Assembly: GCA_021325135.1 (NCBI GenBank)
Contig: JAJPHT010000029.1
Span: forward strand, 168,144 to 232,143
From: Pseudomonadota bacterium
GTDB taxonomy: Archaea > Thermoplasmatota > SW-10-69-26 > JACQPN01 > JAJPHT01
Direction: 5' to 3'
Length of the DNA: 64,000 nt
Shown here: positions 1 to 10,655 of the stretch, piece by piece
Numbering within the stretch: the first letter of the stretch is position 1
How the letters are laid out: each line of letters opens with the position of its first letter
Made by a program: the position numbers and the translations under genes
The notes under the pieces: generated by a model
Databases searched by the model: none
What the model was told of the DNA's origin: nothing
Seen by the model: only the letters and a program-made list of their open reading frames with translations

Positions 1-1279
<1,279 letters not shown>

Positions 1280-1329
1280 CCCCGCCTTCGGGCAAGCTCC
1301 AAGAGGGAGGCGCGCCTGGGAGCGGAGCG

Positions 1330-2520
1330 ATGGCCGGCGCCGCCGCGGTGGGCGAGGAGAAACAGGCGACCCCGCCCGCCCCCAGCCGCTTCCTCCTGCG
1401 CGTCGCGCTGGTCTTCCTCGCGTGGTCCGCGCTGCACGTGGGCGTCGTGGGCGCGGTCTTCTGGACGGCCCTCCCCTGGTGGGCCGCGCCCCTGGCGTTC
1501 CTCGTCGCGGTGGCGCCCATCCCCGCGCTCCTCTCCAGCTTCCGCGAGGACGCGTATCCCGGCGCCCTCACGCGCGTCCTGGTGATGCGCCCCTTCTGGT
1601 ACGTGCAGCTGGGGCTGCCGCTGCTGAGCCTCGCCGCCGCGCTGGGCCTCCTCGCGGGCCTTCCCTTCGGCCACGCCCTCCTCTGGGGGCGCGCCGCGGT
1701 GGCGGGCACGGCCCTCCTCCTGGTGGCGCTCTACGTCGCGGGCTACCTGGGCTCGCGCCGCCTGGTGGTGCGCCGCGTCTCGTTCGCGTACCCCGACCTG
1801 CCCGAGGGGCTCGACGGGACGGTGGTCGCGCAGCTGTCGGACCTGCACGTGGGCCCGCACACGTCGCGCCGCTTCCTGAGGCGCATCGCCGCGGCGGTGG
1901 AGGCCGCGAAGCCCGACCTCATCGCGTACACCGGCGACCAGGTGGACGACTACGACCGCGACGTCGCGCGCTTCGCCCAGGTCTTCGGACCGCTGAAGGC
2001 GCCCCTGGGCGTCTTCGCCATCGCGGGCAACCACGACGTGTACGCCGGGTGGCCCGGCGTCAAGGCGGGCATGGAGGGCGCGGGCATGCGCGTGCTGGTC
2101 AACGACGCGGAGCCCGTGCGCCGCGGCGGCTCGGAGATGTGGATCGTGGGCACCGGCGACCCCGCCGGCGCGCAGGGGTTCGGCGGGCTGGCGCCCGAGG
2201 CCGCGCCCGACGTGCCCCTCGCGCTCTCCCGCGTGCCGCCCGGCGCGTTCACCCTGGCGTTGGCGCACAACCCCGCGCTCTGGCCCGCACTTGCGCAGCG
2301 CGGCGTCCACCTCACCCTCAGCGGCCACACGCACCACGGCCAATTCAGCATCCCCGCGCTGGGCTGGTCGCTGGCCTCGCCCTTCCTGGACCTGGCCATG
2401 GGGACCTACGAGCGCGCGGGCTCGCGGCTGCACATCCACCCGGGGACGAACTACTGGGGCATCCCCTTCCGGTTGGGCGCCTGGCCCGAGGTCACGCTGG
2501 TCACGCTGCGGCGCGCGTGA
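1330..2520 (+). CDS. Membrane-anchored metallophosphoesterase (YkuE-like)
   Basis: N-terminal TM helices; DLH, GDQVD, GNHD, HNP and GHTHHGQ motifs. Confidence 0.9.
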   Translation: MAGAAAVGEEKQATPPAPSRFLLRVALVFLAWSALHVGVVGAVFWTALPWWAAPLAFLVAVAPIPALLSSFREDAYPGALTRVLVMRPFWYVQLGLPLLSLAAALGLLAGLPFGHALLWGRAAVAGTALLLVALYVAGYLGSRRLVVRRVSFAYPDLPEGLDGTVVAQLSDLHVGPHTSRRFLRRIAAAVEAAKPDLIAYTGDQVDDYDRDVARFAQVFGPLKAPLGVFAIAGNHDVYAGWPGVKAGMEGAGMRVLVNDAEPVRRGGSEMWIVGTGDPAGAQGFGGLAPEAAPDVPLALSRVPPGAFTLALAHNPALWPALAQRGVHLTLSGHTHHGQFSIPALGWSLASPFLDLAMGTYERAGSRLHIHPGTNYWGIPFRLGAWPEVTLVTLRRA

Positions 2521-3053
2521 TCGCCCATCATGGCGCGCACCGGCCGCCGCACCGTCTCCGCCACCGCGCCGAAGAGGAGGTGCATGCCCAGGTTCCGCGC
2601 GACGGCCTTCGGCGGCTGCTGCGTCACCGGCGGCGCGAGGTCCAGCGCGGGCAGCGTCGCGGCGGGGAGCGCGGCCCACACGGCGGCGCCGAAGGGGAGG
2701 CCCCACCCCCACGTCGCGGCGGGCGTGGCCTCCGCGGCCATGCCGTAAAGCGCGCCGGTCACCGCGCCCGTGGCGTAGTGGACCACCTGGCCCGCGAGCT
2801 TCTTCTGCGTCTCGGGGACCTCCTCGCCCGTCAGGGGCTCCACGACGGCGTTGGCGACGGCGAGCTTGGGGTCCTCGCCCCCGCCCTTCCTCGCGCGCCG
2901 CTTGTCCATGCGCTTCATGGCGTAGCCCATCACACCCGCCGCGGCCACGCCCGCGATCGCGCCAGCCAACGCACCCTTCGCCAGGTCGGTGGGCGGCGGG
3001 ACGTGGGGCGCCCAGCGGGCAAGGCCCTGCTCCTTGGGAAGCTCCGGTTCCAT
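2451..3053 (-). CDS. Membrane protein, DUF1440-like
   Basis: GALAGAIAG ... VHYATG ... HLLFG pattern; start set at ATG 3053. Confidence 0.65.
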   Translation of the reverse strand: MEPELPKEQGLARWAPHVPPPTDLAKGALAGAIAGVAAAGVMGYAMKRMDKRRARKGGGEDPKLAVANAVVEPLTGEEVPETQKKLAGQVVHYATGAVTGALYGMAAEATPAATWGWGLPFGAAVWAALPAATLPALDLAPPVTQQPPKAVARNLGMHLLFGAVAETVRRPVRAMMGDHARRSVTSVTSGQAPNRKGMPQ

Positions 3054-3095
3054 GGGGCCCCTTTTCACGGCCAACGTGCAAGTCTCCTTCCGACC

Positions 3096-3131
3096 GAAAC
3101 CCAAATACGTAACCATAGGGTTACGGGTTTC
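3096..3131. promoter_or_regulatory. Palindromic operator upstream of the SRPBCC-ArsR operon
   Basis: CGTAACC-ATAG-GGTTACG at 3108-3125, nested in GAAACCC/GGGTTTC arms, ending just before ATG 3133. Confidence 0.75.
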
Positions 3132-3132
3132 C

Positions 3133-3570
3133 ATGGCGCGAAGCATCGTCCACGAGGTCGACTACCCGCACCCGCCCGAGCGCGTCTGGCGCGCGCTCAC
3201 CGACCCGCAGCAGATCGGCCAGTGGCTCATGGCCACCGACTTCAAGGCCGTCGTCGGAGCGAAGTACGAGATGCGCGCGAAGCCCATGCCCGGCTGGCGG
3301 GGCCTCGTCGAGGGGGAGGTCCTGGAGGTCGTCCCGCAGCGCAAGCTCGTCTACACCTGGCTGGGCAACGAGAAGGGGCCCCTCACCACCGTCACGTGGG
3401 AGCTGACGCCCACCGCCACCGGCACGCGCCTCAAGCTCACCCACAGCGGGTTCGCGGGCCTGCGCGGCTTCATCGCGTACAACGCGCTCAAGGGGGGCTG
3501 GGGGAAGAAGATCCTCCGCGAAGGGCTGCCCAGCGTGCTCGCGGGCAAGCCGGTGCCGAGCGTGCACTGA
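3133..3570 (+). CDS. SRPBCC/AHSA1 domain protein
   Basis: PPERVWRALTDP...QWLM...LVYTW...GTRLKLTHSGF. Confidence 0.9.
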   Translation: MARSIVHEVDYPHPPERVWRALTDPQQIGQWLMATDFKAVVGAKYEMRAKPMPGWRGLVEGEVLEVVPQRKLVYTWLGNEKGPLTTVTWELTPTATGTRLKLTHSGFAGLRGFIAYNALKGGWGKKILREGLPSVLAGKPVPSVH

Positions 3571-3932
3571 TGCAGAAGGCCCGCGGGAAGGGCAAGTCCG
3601 CGCGGCGCGAGGAGGCCGTCTACCGCGCCCTCGCGGACCCCACGCGGCGCCGCATCCTCGCGCTCCTCGCCGAGGCGCCCCGCTCCGTGGGCGCCCTGGC
3701 CGCGGAGTTCCCCTCCATCAGCCGCCCCGCCGTGTCGAAGCACCTGGCGCTCCTCGTGGAGGCGGGCCTCGCCGTGGCGGAGGCGCAGGGGCGCGAGCGC
3801 GTCTACTCGCTGGAGCCCTCGCCCCTCTCGGAGGTCGTCTCGTACGTCGCCACGCTGGACGCCTTCTGGGCCGAGCGCCTCGGCGGCCTGGGCGCGCACC
3901 TGGACCGCATGGCGCGCGAGGAAAAAGCCTGA
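3570..3932 (+). CDS. ArsR family transcriptional regulator
   Basis: ALADPTRRRIL...ISRPAVSKHL...GRERVY; TGATG coupling to the SRPBCC gene. Confidence 0.92.
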   Translation: MQKARGKGKSARREEAVYRALADPTRRRILALLAEAPRSVGALAAEFPSISRPAVSKHLALLVEAGLAVAEAQGRERVYSLEPSPLSEVVSYVATLDAFWAERLGGLGAHLDRMAREEKA

Positions 3933-3958
3933 AGCCCGGACGCCCCCTCGCGCGACGC

Positions 3959-4963
3959 ATGGACAAGCCCGCCCCCATCGGCGTCGAGATCACCCGCGGC
4001 GGCACCGTCGAGAGCGCCCACCGCGTGCACCTGGCCGTCGTCGACGGCGCGGGGCACCTCGTCGCGCACGCGGGCGACCCCTCGCGGGTCGCGTTCCTGC
4101 GCAGCGCTGCGAAGCCCTTCCAGGCCGTGCCCCTCGTGGCCTCGGGCGCCGCGGACGCCTTCGGCCTCGCGCCGCAGGAGCTTGCCCTCTGCTGCGGGAG
4201 CCACGGCGGCGAGCCCATGCACGTGCGCGTCGTCGAAGGCATGTTCGCCAAGGCCGGCATCAGCCCCGACCTCCTGCAGTGCGGCACGCACCCCTTGTGG
4301 AGCAAGGCCGCCAAGGAGGGGCTCGCGGGGGGCAAGCCCACGCCGAAGAACCACAACTGCAGCGGCAAGCACGCGGGCATGATGATCCTCCAGAAGCACC
4401 TGGGCGCGAATCCCGCGGACTACCTCGATCCGCAGAGCCCCGCGCAGCGCGCGATCCTCCGGGCCGTCGCGGAGTGCGCGGGCGTTCCCGAGGCCGAGGT
4501 GCGCGTCGGCACGGACGGGTGCAGCGTGCCCAACTTCGCGCTGAGCGTCGCCGCGGGGGCGCGCATGTTCGCGCGGCTCGCGATGCCCTCGGGCCCGCAC
4601 GCCGCGGCGCTCACGCGCCTTCGCGACGCCATGACCGCGCACCCCGAGATGGTGGGCGGCAGCGAGCGCTTCGACACCGCGCTCATGGGCGCCTCCGAGG
4701 ACCGCCTCGTGAGCAAGGCCGGCGCCGAGGGCGTGCAGGGCGTCGGCGACCTCGCCACGGGCCTGGGCCTGCTGCTCAAGGTCGAGGACGGGACCAGCCG
4801 CGCCGTGGCGCCCGCCACGGTGGAGGCGCTGCGGCAGCTGGCGTGGCTGGAGGGGCGCGCCTTCGAGGTGCTGGGCGACTGGTGGCGGCCCGCCATCACC
4901 AACTGGAGCGGCCGCGTCGTGGGGGAGACGAGGCCGGTTCTCACGCTGGAACGCACAGAATAG
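3959..4963 (+). CDS. L-asparaginase II family protein
   Basis: RSAAKPFQ, HNCSGKH, DGCSVP and KAGAEG motifs. Confidence 0.88.
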   Translation: MDKPAPIGVEITRGGTVESAHRVHLAVVDGAGHLVAHAGDPSRVAFLRSAAKPFQAVPLVASGAADAFGLAPQELALCCGSHGGEPMHVRVVEGMFAKAGISPDLLQCGTHPLWSKAAKEGLAGGKPTPKNHNCSGKHAGMMILQKHLGANPADYLDPQSPAQRAILRAVAECAGVPEAEVRVGTDGCSVPNFALSVAAGARMFARLAMPSGPHAAALTRLRDAMTAHPEMVGGSERFDTALMGASEDRLVSKAGAEGVQGVGDLATGLGLLLKVEDGTSRAVAPATVEALRQLAWLEGRAFEVLGDWWRPAITNWSGRVVGETRPVLTLERTE

Positions 4964-4971
4964 ACTCAGTT

Positions 4972-5088
4972 CGTCGCGCGCGCCGCAGCGCGCGTACCCA
5001 TGGGGGTTTCAGGGGGCGAAGCCCCCTGACGTGAAGGGAAAGAAGCAGACGCTCAAAACTTCAGGGGGCTGCGCTCCCCGAACCCCCC
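4972..5088. repeat. REP/MITE-like palindromic repeat, copy 1
   Basis: 4972-5036 is nearly identical to 50420-50485; hairpin TCAGGGGGCGAAGCCCCCTGA. Confidence 0.8.
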
Positions 5089-5603
5089 GCCTGCCGTCGC
5101 ACGAGCCACGCCCACGCCACGAGGCCCACGAAGGCCAAGGCGAGGCCCACGGTCAGCGCAAGGAAGAGGGGGTCGTGCTGGACGGGCGGGGTTTCTGTGG
5201 GGGTGGCGAGGCTCTTGGCGAAGCCGGTGGGCGCGGCCTCCGTGGCGTTGGCGACGCCGCTGCGCAGCCACATCCAGGCCGCCAGCGCGGCGGTGACCAG
5301 CGTGCCCAGGGCGGTGCTGAGGATGAGGGCCAGCGTGATGGTCTCGGGGTGGAGGAGGCGGCGGCCGGTCCACGAGAGCTGCCAGTAGACCCACTTGCGC
5401 TCCACGTCCTCCTCGATCTTCTGGATGAGTCCCACCTCGGCGAGCTTCTCCAGGTGCTCGAAGACCGTGGCCTTGTTGAGGTCCAGCTCGCGCGCCAGCT
5501 CGGTCACCGTCTTCTGGCGCTCGTCGAGCGCCTTGAGGATGTCCAGCCGCGTGTCCGAGGCGAGGGCCTTGAACACGGCGCGGTCCAGGGTGATCTTGTC
5601 CAC
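5061..5603 (-). CDS. ArsR-type wHTH regulator with two C-terminal TM helices
   Basis: FKALASDTRLDILKAL...KATVFEHLEKL...KWVYW followed by hydrophobic segments. Confidence 0.85.
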   Translation of the reverse strand: MDKITLDRAVFKALASDTRLDILKALDERQKTVTELARELDLNKATVFEHLEKLAEVGLIQKIEEDVERKWVYWQLSWTGRRLLHPETITLALILSTALGTLVTAALAAWMWLRSGVANATEAAPTGFAKSLATPTETPPVQHDPLFLALTVGLALAFVGLVAWAWLVRRQAGGSGSAAP

Positions 5604-5731
5604 GGCGTCCTATGCTGGGGCCGCGCGCTTCACGGTTGCGGAACCGGCGGGGAGGCGCCCAACGCCTTCCCTCCGTGGATCGTCCCGGTGGGCGAGCAAG
5701 GACTATGGGAGCGGGAAGCGCTCGGGAGGCG

Positions 5732-6220
5732 ATGACGGAAGAGCCTTTCCTCACCGTGGGACGCGCCGTGGCCATGGTGCTGATCCTGGCCGGCATCGCC
5801 GTCGTGATCACCGCGCCCTGGGATGACAGGCTCCAGAAGGCAGACTGCGACCAGGAGCCGCACGTGCTCTGCGACTCGTTTAGCCCGGTCCCTCCCGACC
5901 TGGCCGGTGTCCTCGCTGCGCTCCCGGGAGCGGTGGGTCTCGTGGGCTCGGCGTGGCTGCGCTCGGCGGCGGCTCCGAAGCTTGACGCGGGAGAGCGCCG
6001 GATCGCCCGCCTCGCGTGGGGCACCGCGCTGGTGGGCCTGGGCGGGTGGGCAACTGTCTCGGCACTGCTGGGAATCGTGGCCTCCGTCTGTGCCAACAAC
6101 CTCTGCACGCACCACGTGCTTCCCCGGGACGTCGTCGGGCTGGTGTGGTCCTCTGCCCTTCTTGTCGGAGGTCTTGTCTTCCTCGCCCGCGGGCTCCTGA
6201 AGAGCGCCGCGCCGACGTAG
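5732..6220 (+). CDS. Hypothetical membrane protein
   Basis: About four hydrophobic segments; GGAGG upstream; atypical codon usage. Confidence 0.55.
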   Translation: MTEEPFLTVGRAVAMVLILAGIAVVITAPWDDRLQKADCDQEPHVLCDSFSPVPPDLAGVLAALPGAVGLVGSAWLRSAAAPKLDAGERRIARLAWGTALVGLGGWATVSALLGIVASVCANNLCTHHVLPRDVVGLVWSSALLVGGLVFLARGLLKSAAPT

Positions 6221-6275
6221 CTCCACCGGAACGCATCCCCAAACGCACGTATCCCAAGAGCGACACTCCCTGCGT

Positions 6276-7241
6276 GTGGACGCCGCCTCCGCCGACGCGC
6301 TTCTCGCCCGCGTGCGCGGGGGGCGGACGCTCTGGGTGCTTCACGCCAACGCGGACGCGGACTGCGTGGGCTCCGCCGCCGCGCTCCAGCGCGCCTTCGG
6401 CGGCACCCTGGGAGCTCCCGACGGCCTCTCGCGCGAAGGGCGCGCGCTGGCGGAGCGGCTGGGGCTGGAGGTCGACCCGTGGCCCCACCCCGAGGCGTTC
6501 GACGTCCACGTCGCGGTGGACACCTCGTCGCGTGCCCAGTTGGGCCGCCTGGGGCCGCTCCTCGCCGCGCCCCTCCTGGTGGACCACCACGCGTATGGCG
6601 ATCTCCAGGCGGGCGCGCCCGCCAAGGCGTGGGACCCCGCGCGCGCCTCGTGCTGCGAGGTCGCGCTGGCGCTGCTGGACCGCGCGGGCGCCGCGCTGCA
6701 CGCGGACGTCGCCTTCGCGCTCCTCGTGGGGCTCCTCACCGACACGGCGCGCTTCCGCCACGCGGACCCCGCCGCCCTGCGCGCCGCCGCGCGGCTCGCC
6801 GAGGCCGCGGGCGCCACGATGGAGGACGCCTACGCCTTCCTGGAGCGCGTGGACGAGGAGATGGACGATCTCTCGGCGCGCAAGGCGACGCTCGTCGCCG
6901 CCTCCCGCGCGCAGGTGGACCAGTGGGGCCCCTGGCTCGTGGCCACGAGCGAAGTGGGCGCCTTCGACGGCGCGGCCGCCGCGGCGCTGGTGCGCGCGGG
7001 CGCCGACCTCGCGTTGGTGGCGCAGGAGAAGAGCGCCTCGGCGCGCATGTCGCTGCGCGCCAGCGTGCGCGCGAAGGAGGCGGGGCTTCACCTGGGCGAG
7101 GTCGCCAACGCGGCGGCGCGCGACGTGGGCTGGAGCGGCGGCGGGCACGAGGCCGCCGCGGGCCTCCAGGGGAAGCCGCCCCTGGCGCCCGCGCGCTCCG
7201 CGGTGCTGCGCCTGGCGCGGGCGAAGCTGGAGGCCGCCTGA
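6276..7241 (+). CDS. DHH/DHHA1 family phosphoesterase
   Basis: HANADADCVGS, VD, DHH, TDT and GGGHEAAAG motifs. Confidence 0.9.
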   Translation: MDAASADALLARVRGGRTLWVLHANADADCVGSAAALQRAFGGTLGAPDGLSREGRALAERLGLEVDPWPHPEAFDVHVAVDTSSRAQLGRLGPLLAAPLLVDHHAYGDLQAGAPAKAWDPARASCCEVALALLDRAGAALHADVAFALLVGLLTDTARFRHADPAALRAAARLAEAAGATMEDAYAFLERVDEEMDDLSARKATLVAASRAQVDQWGPWLVATSEVGAFDGAAAAALVRAGADLALVAQEKSASARMSLRASVRAKEAGLHLGEVANAAARDVGWSGGGHEAAAGLQGKPPLAPARSAVLRLARAKLEAA

Positions 7242-7726
7242 TGGCGAAGCGCAAGCGCCCGAAGTACGCCTACGAGGTCGCGCCCGACGTGCAGGCCATG
7301 CTGGAGGAGATCGTGCGCCTCCTCCCCGACGAGTTCCCCCACGTGGACGTGCGGCGCGTCGTGTGCTATCGTTCCCGCGGCTCCACCGCGCGCATCTACG
7401 CGCGCATCTGGAGCCTCCCGGGCATCTGGCAGGCCGCGCTGGGCGTCGAGGCGCACTACGTCGTCGAGGTCGTGGAGCGCTTCGACCGCGAGAGCCGCGA
7501 GGAGCAGGAGAAGACGATCCTCCACGAGCTTCTCCACATCCCCAAGACGTTCAGCGGCGCGCTGGTGCCGCACAACTGCTTCGGCAAGAAGATCAACTGT
7601 GAGGCGGAAGGGCGCCTGCACGCCAAGCTGGAGCGGGCCCGCGCGCTGGAGGCCCGGGCGCAGGCGGACGCGCAGCGCATCCTGGAGTCCTACGACCTGG
7701 GCCGCACGACGACGTCGGCGAAGTAG
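7241..7726 (+). CDS. Putative metallopeptidase (archaeal HEXXH family)
   Basis: RSRGSTAR.YARIW...TILHELLHIP..FSGAL; coupled to the DHH gene. Confidence 0.8.
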   Translation: MAKRKRPKYAYEVAPDVQAMLEEIVRLLPDEFPHVDVRRVVCYRSRGSTARIYARIWSLPGIWQAALGVEAHYVVEVVERFDRESREEQEKTILHELLHIPKTFSGALVPHNCFGKKINCEAEGRLHAKLERARALEARAQADAQRILESYDLGRTTTSAK

Positions 7727-8295
7727 GCGTCGGTCCCCGTCCCGATCCAGAGGGCGACGCCGCCCCGCGCGTGCCCCATCTTGAGGTCCTTGACCAGGAG
7801 CGCGGGCTGCGACGAGGCGCCCACGAAGAGCTCCGCGCGCTCGCCGCGCACGACGACGCGCAGGCGCGTCCACGCGCCGGGCTCCATGTCGGCGTAGGAC
7901 TCGTAGACGCCCGGCGACTCGCCGCGCAGGCGATGCCAGGGCCAGTCGGGGAGCGAGGCGTACTGCGTCGTATGGTTGCGCCGAAGCTGGTCGTCCGCGC
8001 GGGCGTTGGTGGGGCGCACGAAGAGCAACTCGAACCGGGCGGAGCCCTCCTGCACGCGGAACGCGAGCCCCGCGAAGCCGCGCATGTCGGGGTCCGCGTC
8101 AGGGCGCCGGTCGGCCGCCAGCCAGCACTCGATCTCGCCGTCCTCGAAGAGACCCGGAAGGTGGGCCAGGGGCTCGACGCCGGGCGCGCCCATCTGCGAC
8201 TCGACCACGTGGACGGCACGCCGGCCGCGGTGCGTCGCGTCCGCGAGGTCCACGCCGCGGGGCGTCAGAGTGGCGGCCGAGAAGGCGGGCGGCAT
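7690..8295 (-). CDS. Hypothetical protein, concanavalin/DUF1080-like beta-sandwich
   Basis: RGFAGLAFR...RPTNARADDQLRRNH..QY...YESYAD...W..LRV. Confidence 0.65.
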   Translation of the reverse strand: MPPAFSAATLTPRGVDLADATHRGRRAVHVVESQMGAPGVEPLAHLPGLFEDGEIECWLAADRRPDADPDMRGFAGLAFRVQEGSARFELLFVRPTNARADDQLRRNHTTQYASLPDWPWHRLRGESPGVYESYADMEPGAWTRLRVVVRGERAELFVGASSQPALLVKDLKMGHARGGVALWIGTGTDAYFADVVVRPRS

Positions 8296-8502
8296 CGGAC
8301 CGGGCGGGCAGCGGCGCGGCCGTCTTTCAACGTATGCGGGCCCGGTCGGAGCCGGCCAGCCGGGAACCGGCAAGTGGCGAATCCCGCTTCTGGGATCGTC
8401 GTTTGTCCGGCGGGAAGGACGGTCGCTTGGACGGCGCCTACCCAAACGGGGGTAAATTACTTACCCTGTCATGGCCCATGGATTCGCGCCGAGGTGCGAC
8501 GC

Positions 8503-8787
8503 GTGCAGTCCGAAGGTTTCGTCTTCGAAGAGAAGCCCGTGTACGACTGGAACCACGTCCCCGTGGGGACCGTGAGCGGCGCCGTGCGCGATCCCAAGAC
8601 CCGCGCCGCCCGGCAGCTGGTCCTGCGCTTGACCCCGGAGGCCCAGACCGAGCTTGGGGCCGAGCAGCCCACCGTCGAGCTTCCCGCGTCCTTCGTCTTC
8701 GGCGTCCGCCGCGACAGCGTCACCCTGGACCGCTCGCTCAGCGAGCTCAAGAAGATCGATTTCTTCGCCTCGGTCATCAAGAAGTAG
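8503..8787 (+). CDS. Small PRC-barrel-like protein
   Basis: KPVYD...VGTV...; GAGGTG SD before the GTG start; host-like codon usage. Confidence 0.65.
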   Translation: MQSEGFVFEEKPVYDWNHVPVGTVSGAVRDPKTRAARQLVLRLTPEAQTELGAEQPTVELPASFVFGVRRDSVTLDRSLSELKKIDFFASVIKK

Positions 8788-8816
8788 GTGCCCGGCCTCC
8801 TTCTTCTTTTCAAGGG

Positions 8817-9563
8817 CTACTTCCCGTAGCGCCGCTGCCGAAGCTGGTAGGTGCGGATCGCGCGCAGGAAGTCCACGCGGCGGAAGCCGGGCCAGAAGAC
8901 GTCGGTGAAGTAGAGCTCGCTGTACGCCATCTGCCAGAGCAGGAAGTTGCTGATGCGCTCCTCGCCGCTGGTGCGCAGGATGAGGTCGGGGTCGGGGAGG
9001 TGCGCCGTGTAGAGGTGCTTCGCGACGAGGGACTCGTCGATGTCCGAAGGCTTGACGCGGCCCGCCTTCACGTCCTCGGCGATGCCGCGGATGGCGTCGA
9101 GGATCTCCTGCCGGCCGCCGTAGGCGACGGCGATGGTGTAGAAGTAGGACGCGTAGTCGCGGGTGCGCTCCTCGGCGACGCGGATGGCCTCGCGGACGCG
9201 CTTGGGGAGGCGGTCCAATTGGCCGATGGCGCGGATGTGGATGCGGTTGCGGTGGACGCGCTCGTCGGCCGCCATCCGGAGGAAGTTCTCCTCGAAGAGC
9301 TCCATGAGGCGCTTGACCTCCATGGGGTTGCGGTTGAAGTTCTCGCTGGAGAACGCGTACACCGTGAGGTGCTTCACGTCCAGCTCCAGGCACCAGTCCA
9401 GCACGCTCTCCAGCGTGTCGCGGCCGTACTCGTGCCCCTTGAGGGCGGGCTCGCCCAGCGCCTCGGCGAAGCGGCGGTTGCCGTCCATGATGATGCCGAT
9501 GTGGCGGGGGACGGGCTCGCCCCTCACTTCCTTGAGGAGCGCGGCCTCGACGGTCTTGGCCAC
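8817..9563 (-). CDS. uppS: Polyprenyl (undecaprenyl) diphosphate synthase
   Basis: HIGIIMDGNRR, YAFSSENFNR, YGGRQEI, RTSGEERISNFLLWQ; the true start may be upstream at 9596. Confidence 0.96.
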   Translation of the reverse strand: MAKTVEAALLKEVRGEPVPRHIGIIMDGNRRFAEALGEPALKGHEYGRDTLESVLDWCLELDVKHLTVYAFSSENFNRNPMEVKRLMELFEENFLRMAADERVHRNRIHIRAIGQLDRLPKRVREAIRVAEERTRDYASYFYTIAVAYGGRQEILDAIRGIAEDVKAGRVKPSDIDESLVAKHLYTAHLPDPDLILRTSGEERISNFLLWQMAYSELYFTDVFWPGFRRVDFLRAIRTYQLRQRRYGK

Positions 9564-9654
9564 CGCGTCGCCGACGCGGTCCTTGATCTCGTGGATCGGC
9601 GCTCCTCCTGGTCCGGGCTGACCCGCTGCCGGATGAAATAGATTGCTCCCGCGA

Positions 9655-10368
9655 TCAGGGCGCCAGCGTCTTGCCCAGCTTGGGGCCGTGCATCTCGAAG
9701 CCGCCGTCCACGGGGGGCACGACGACCTTGGCCGCGGTGCCCACGCGCTTCTCGAACTCGTGCGGGTCCGCGTGGATGGGCGGGAAGGTGTTGTAGTGCA
9801 TGGGCACCGCGACGTTGACGCCCAGCCACTCCACGGCGCGCGCCGCGTGCTCGGCGCCCATGGTGTAGAAGTCGCCGATGGGCACGGCCGCGACGTGGGG
9901 CTGGAGGAGGTCGCGGATCACCGTGCGCATGTCGCCGAAGAGGCCCGTGTCGCCCGCGTGGTAGAAGCGCGTCTCGCCGTCGTCCACCACGAAGCCGCAC
10001 GCCACGCCGCCGTACCCCTGGAAGTGGTCCCCCTCGCGGTGGAAGCCGCTGGTGTGCAGGGCGGGCGCGCACCAGACGCGCAGCTTGCCCTTGCGCCAGA
10101 AGCCGCCCACGTTCATGCCGACGCTCCCCCGCGCGCCGCGCGCCTCCAGGATGCCCGCAAGCTCGTAGGTCGCGACGCAGGGCACGCCGAACTCAGGCGC
10201 GCTCCCCACGTGGTCCGCGTGGGCGTGCGTCACCAGGATGATGTCGGGGTGGAAGTCGGCGACGCGCTTCGCGGTCATGCCGTTCTCGACGAACGGATCC
10301 ACGAGGACCTTCGTGCCGTCCTTGCACGCGAGCGAGAAGAACGAATGGCCGTGCCAGCGGATCTCCAT
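9655..10368 (-). CDS. Metal-dependent hydrolase, metallo-beta-lactamase fold (UPF0173)
   Basis: WHGHS, DPF, THAHADH, YHAGDT and PMHYNTFP motifs. Confidence 0.92.
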   Translation of the reverse strand: MEIRWHGHSFFSLACKDGTKVLVDPFVENGMTAKRVADFHPDIILVTHAHADHVGSAPEFGVPCVATYELAGILEARGARGSVGMNVGGFWRKGKLRVWCAPALHTSGFHREGDHFQGYGGVACGFVVDDGETRFYHAGDTGLFGDMRTVIRDLLQPHVAAVPIGDFYTMGAEHAARAVEWLGVNVAVPMHYNTFPPIHADPHEFEKRVGTAAKVVVPPVDGGFEMHGPKLGKTLAP

Positions 10369-10414
10369 GCCGGCGCGAAGAGCGCGCCCAAGGAAAAGAC
10401 GTTCGGGTACGGGC

Positions 10415-10516
10415 TCAGAAGTGGAAGGCGGCGCCGCACTCGGTGCAGTTCCCGGGGGCCATGAACTCGGTGCCGCACGACTTGCACAGCGTCAGGAACG
10501 TCGTCTCCTCTTGCAT
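10415..10516 (-). CDS. 33-aa zinc-finger microprotein (absent from the ORF track)
   Basis: MQEETTFLTLCKSCGTEFMAPGNCTECGAAFHF*; two CxxCG motifs; TTAA box about 20 nt upstream. Confidence 0.7.
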   Translation of the reverse strand: MQEETTFLTLCKSCGTEFMAPGNCTECGAAFHF

Positions 10517-10655
10517 CCGAGCCCATCCGTCAGCGCCCGGGTAGTTAAGAGTTGTTGGTTCGGCCGGCGAACGTTCCGGGCCCTTCCCCGGCGCCCCCAG
10601 GCCTCAGAAAGTTCTTAGGAGGGAAGCCTTGTGGCCCCATCGCCAGCGACGCATT

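Noticed and set aside
10415-10516. Ribosomal protein eL40 or eS27
   Set aside because: Too short and acidic, and it lacks the basic residues of ribosomal zinc fingers
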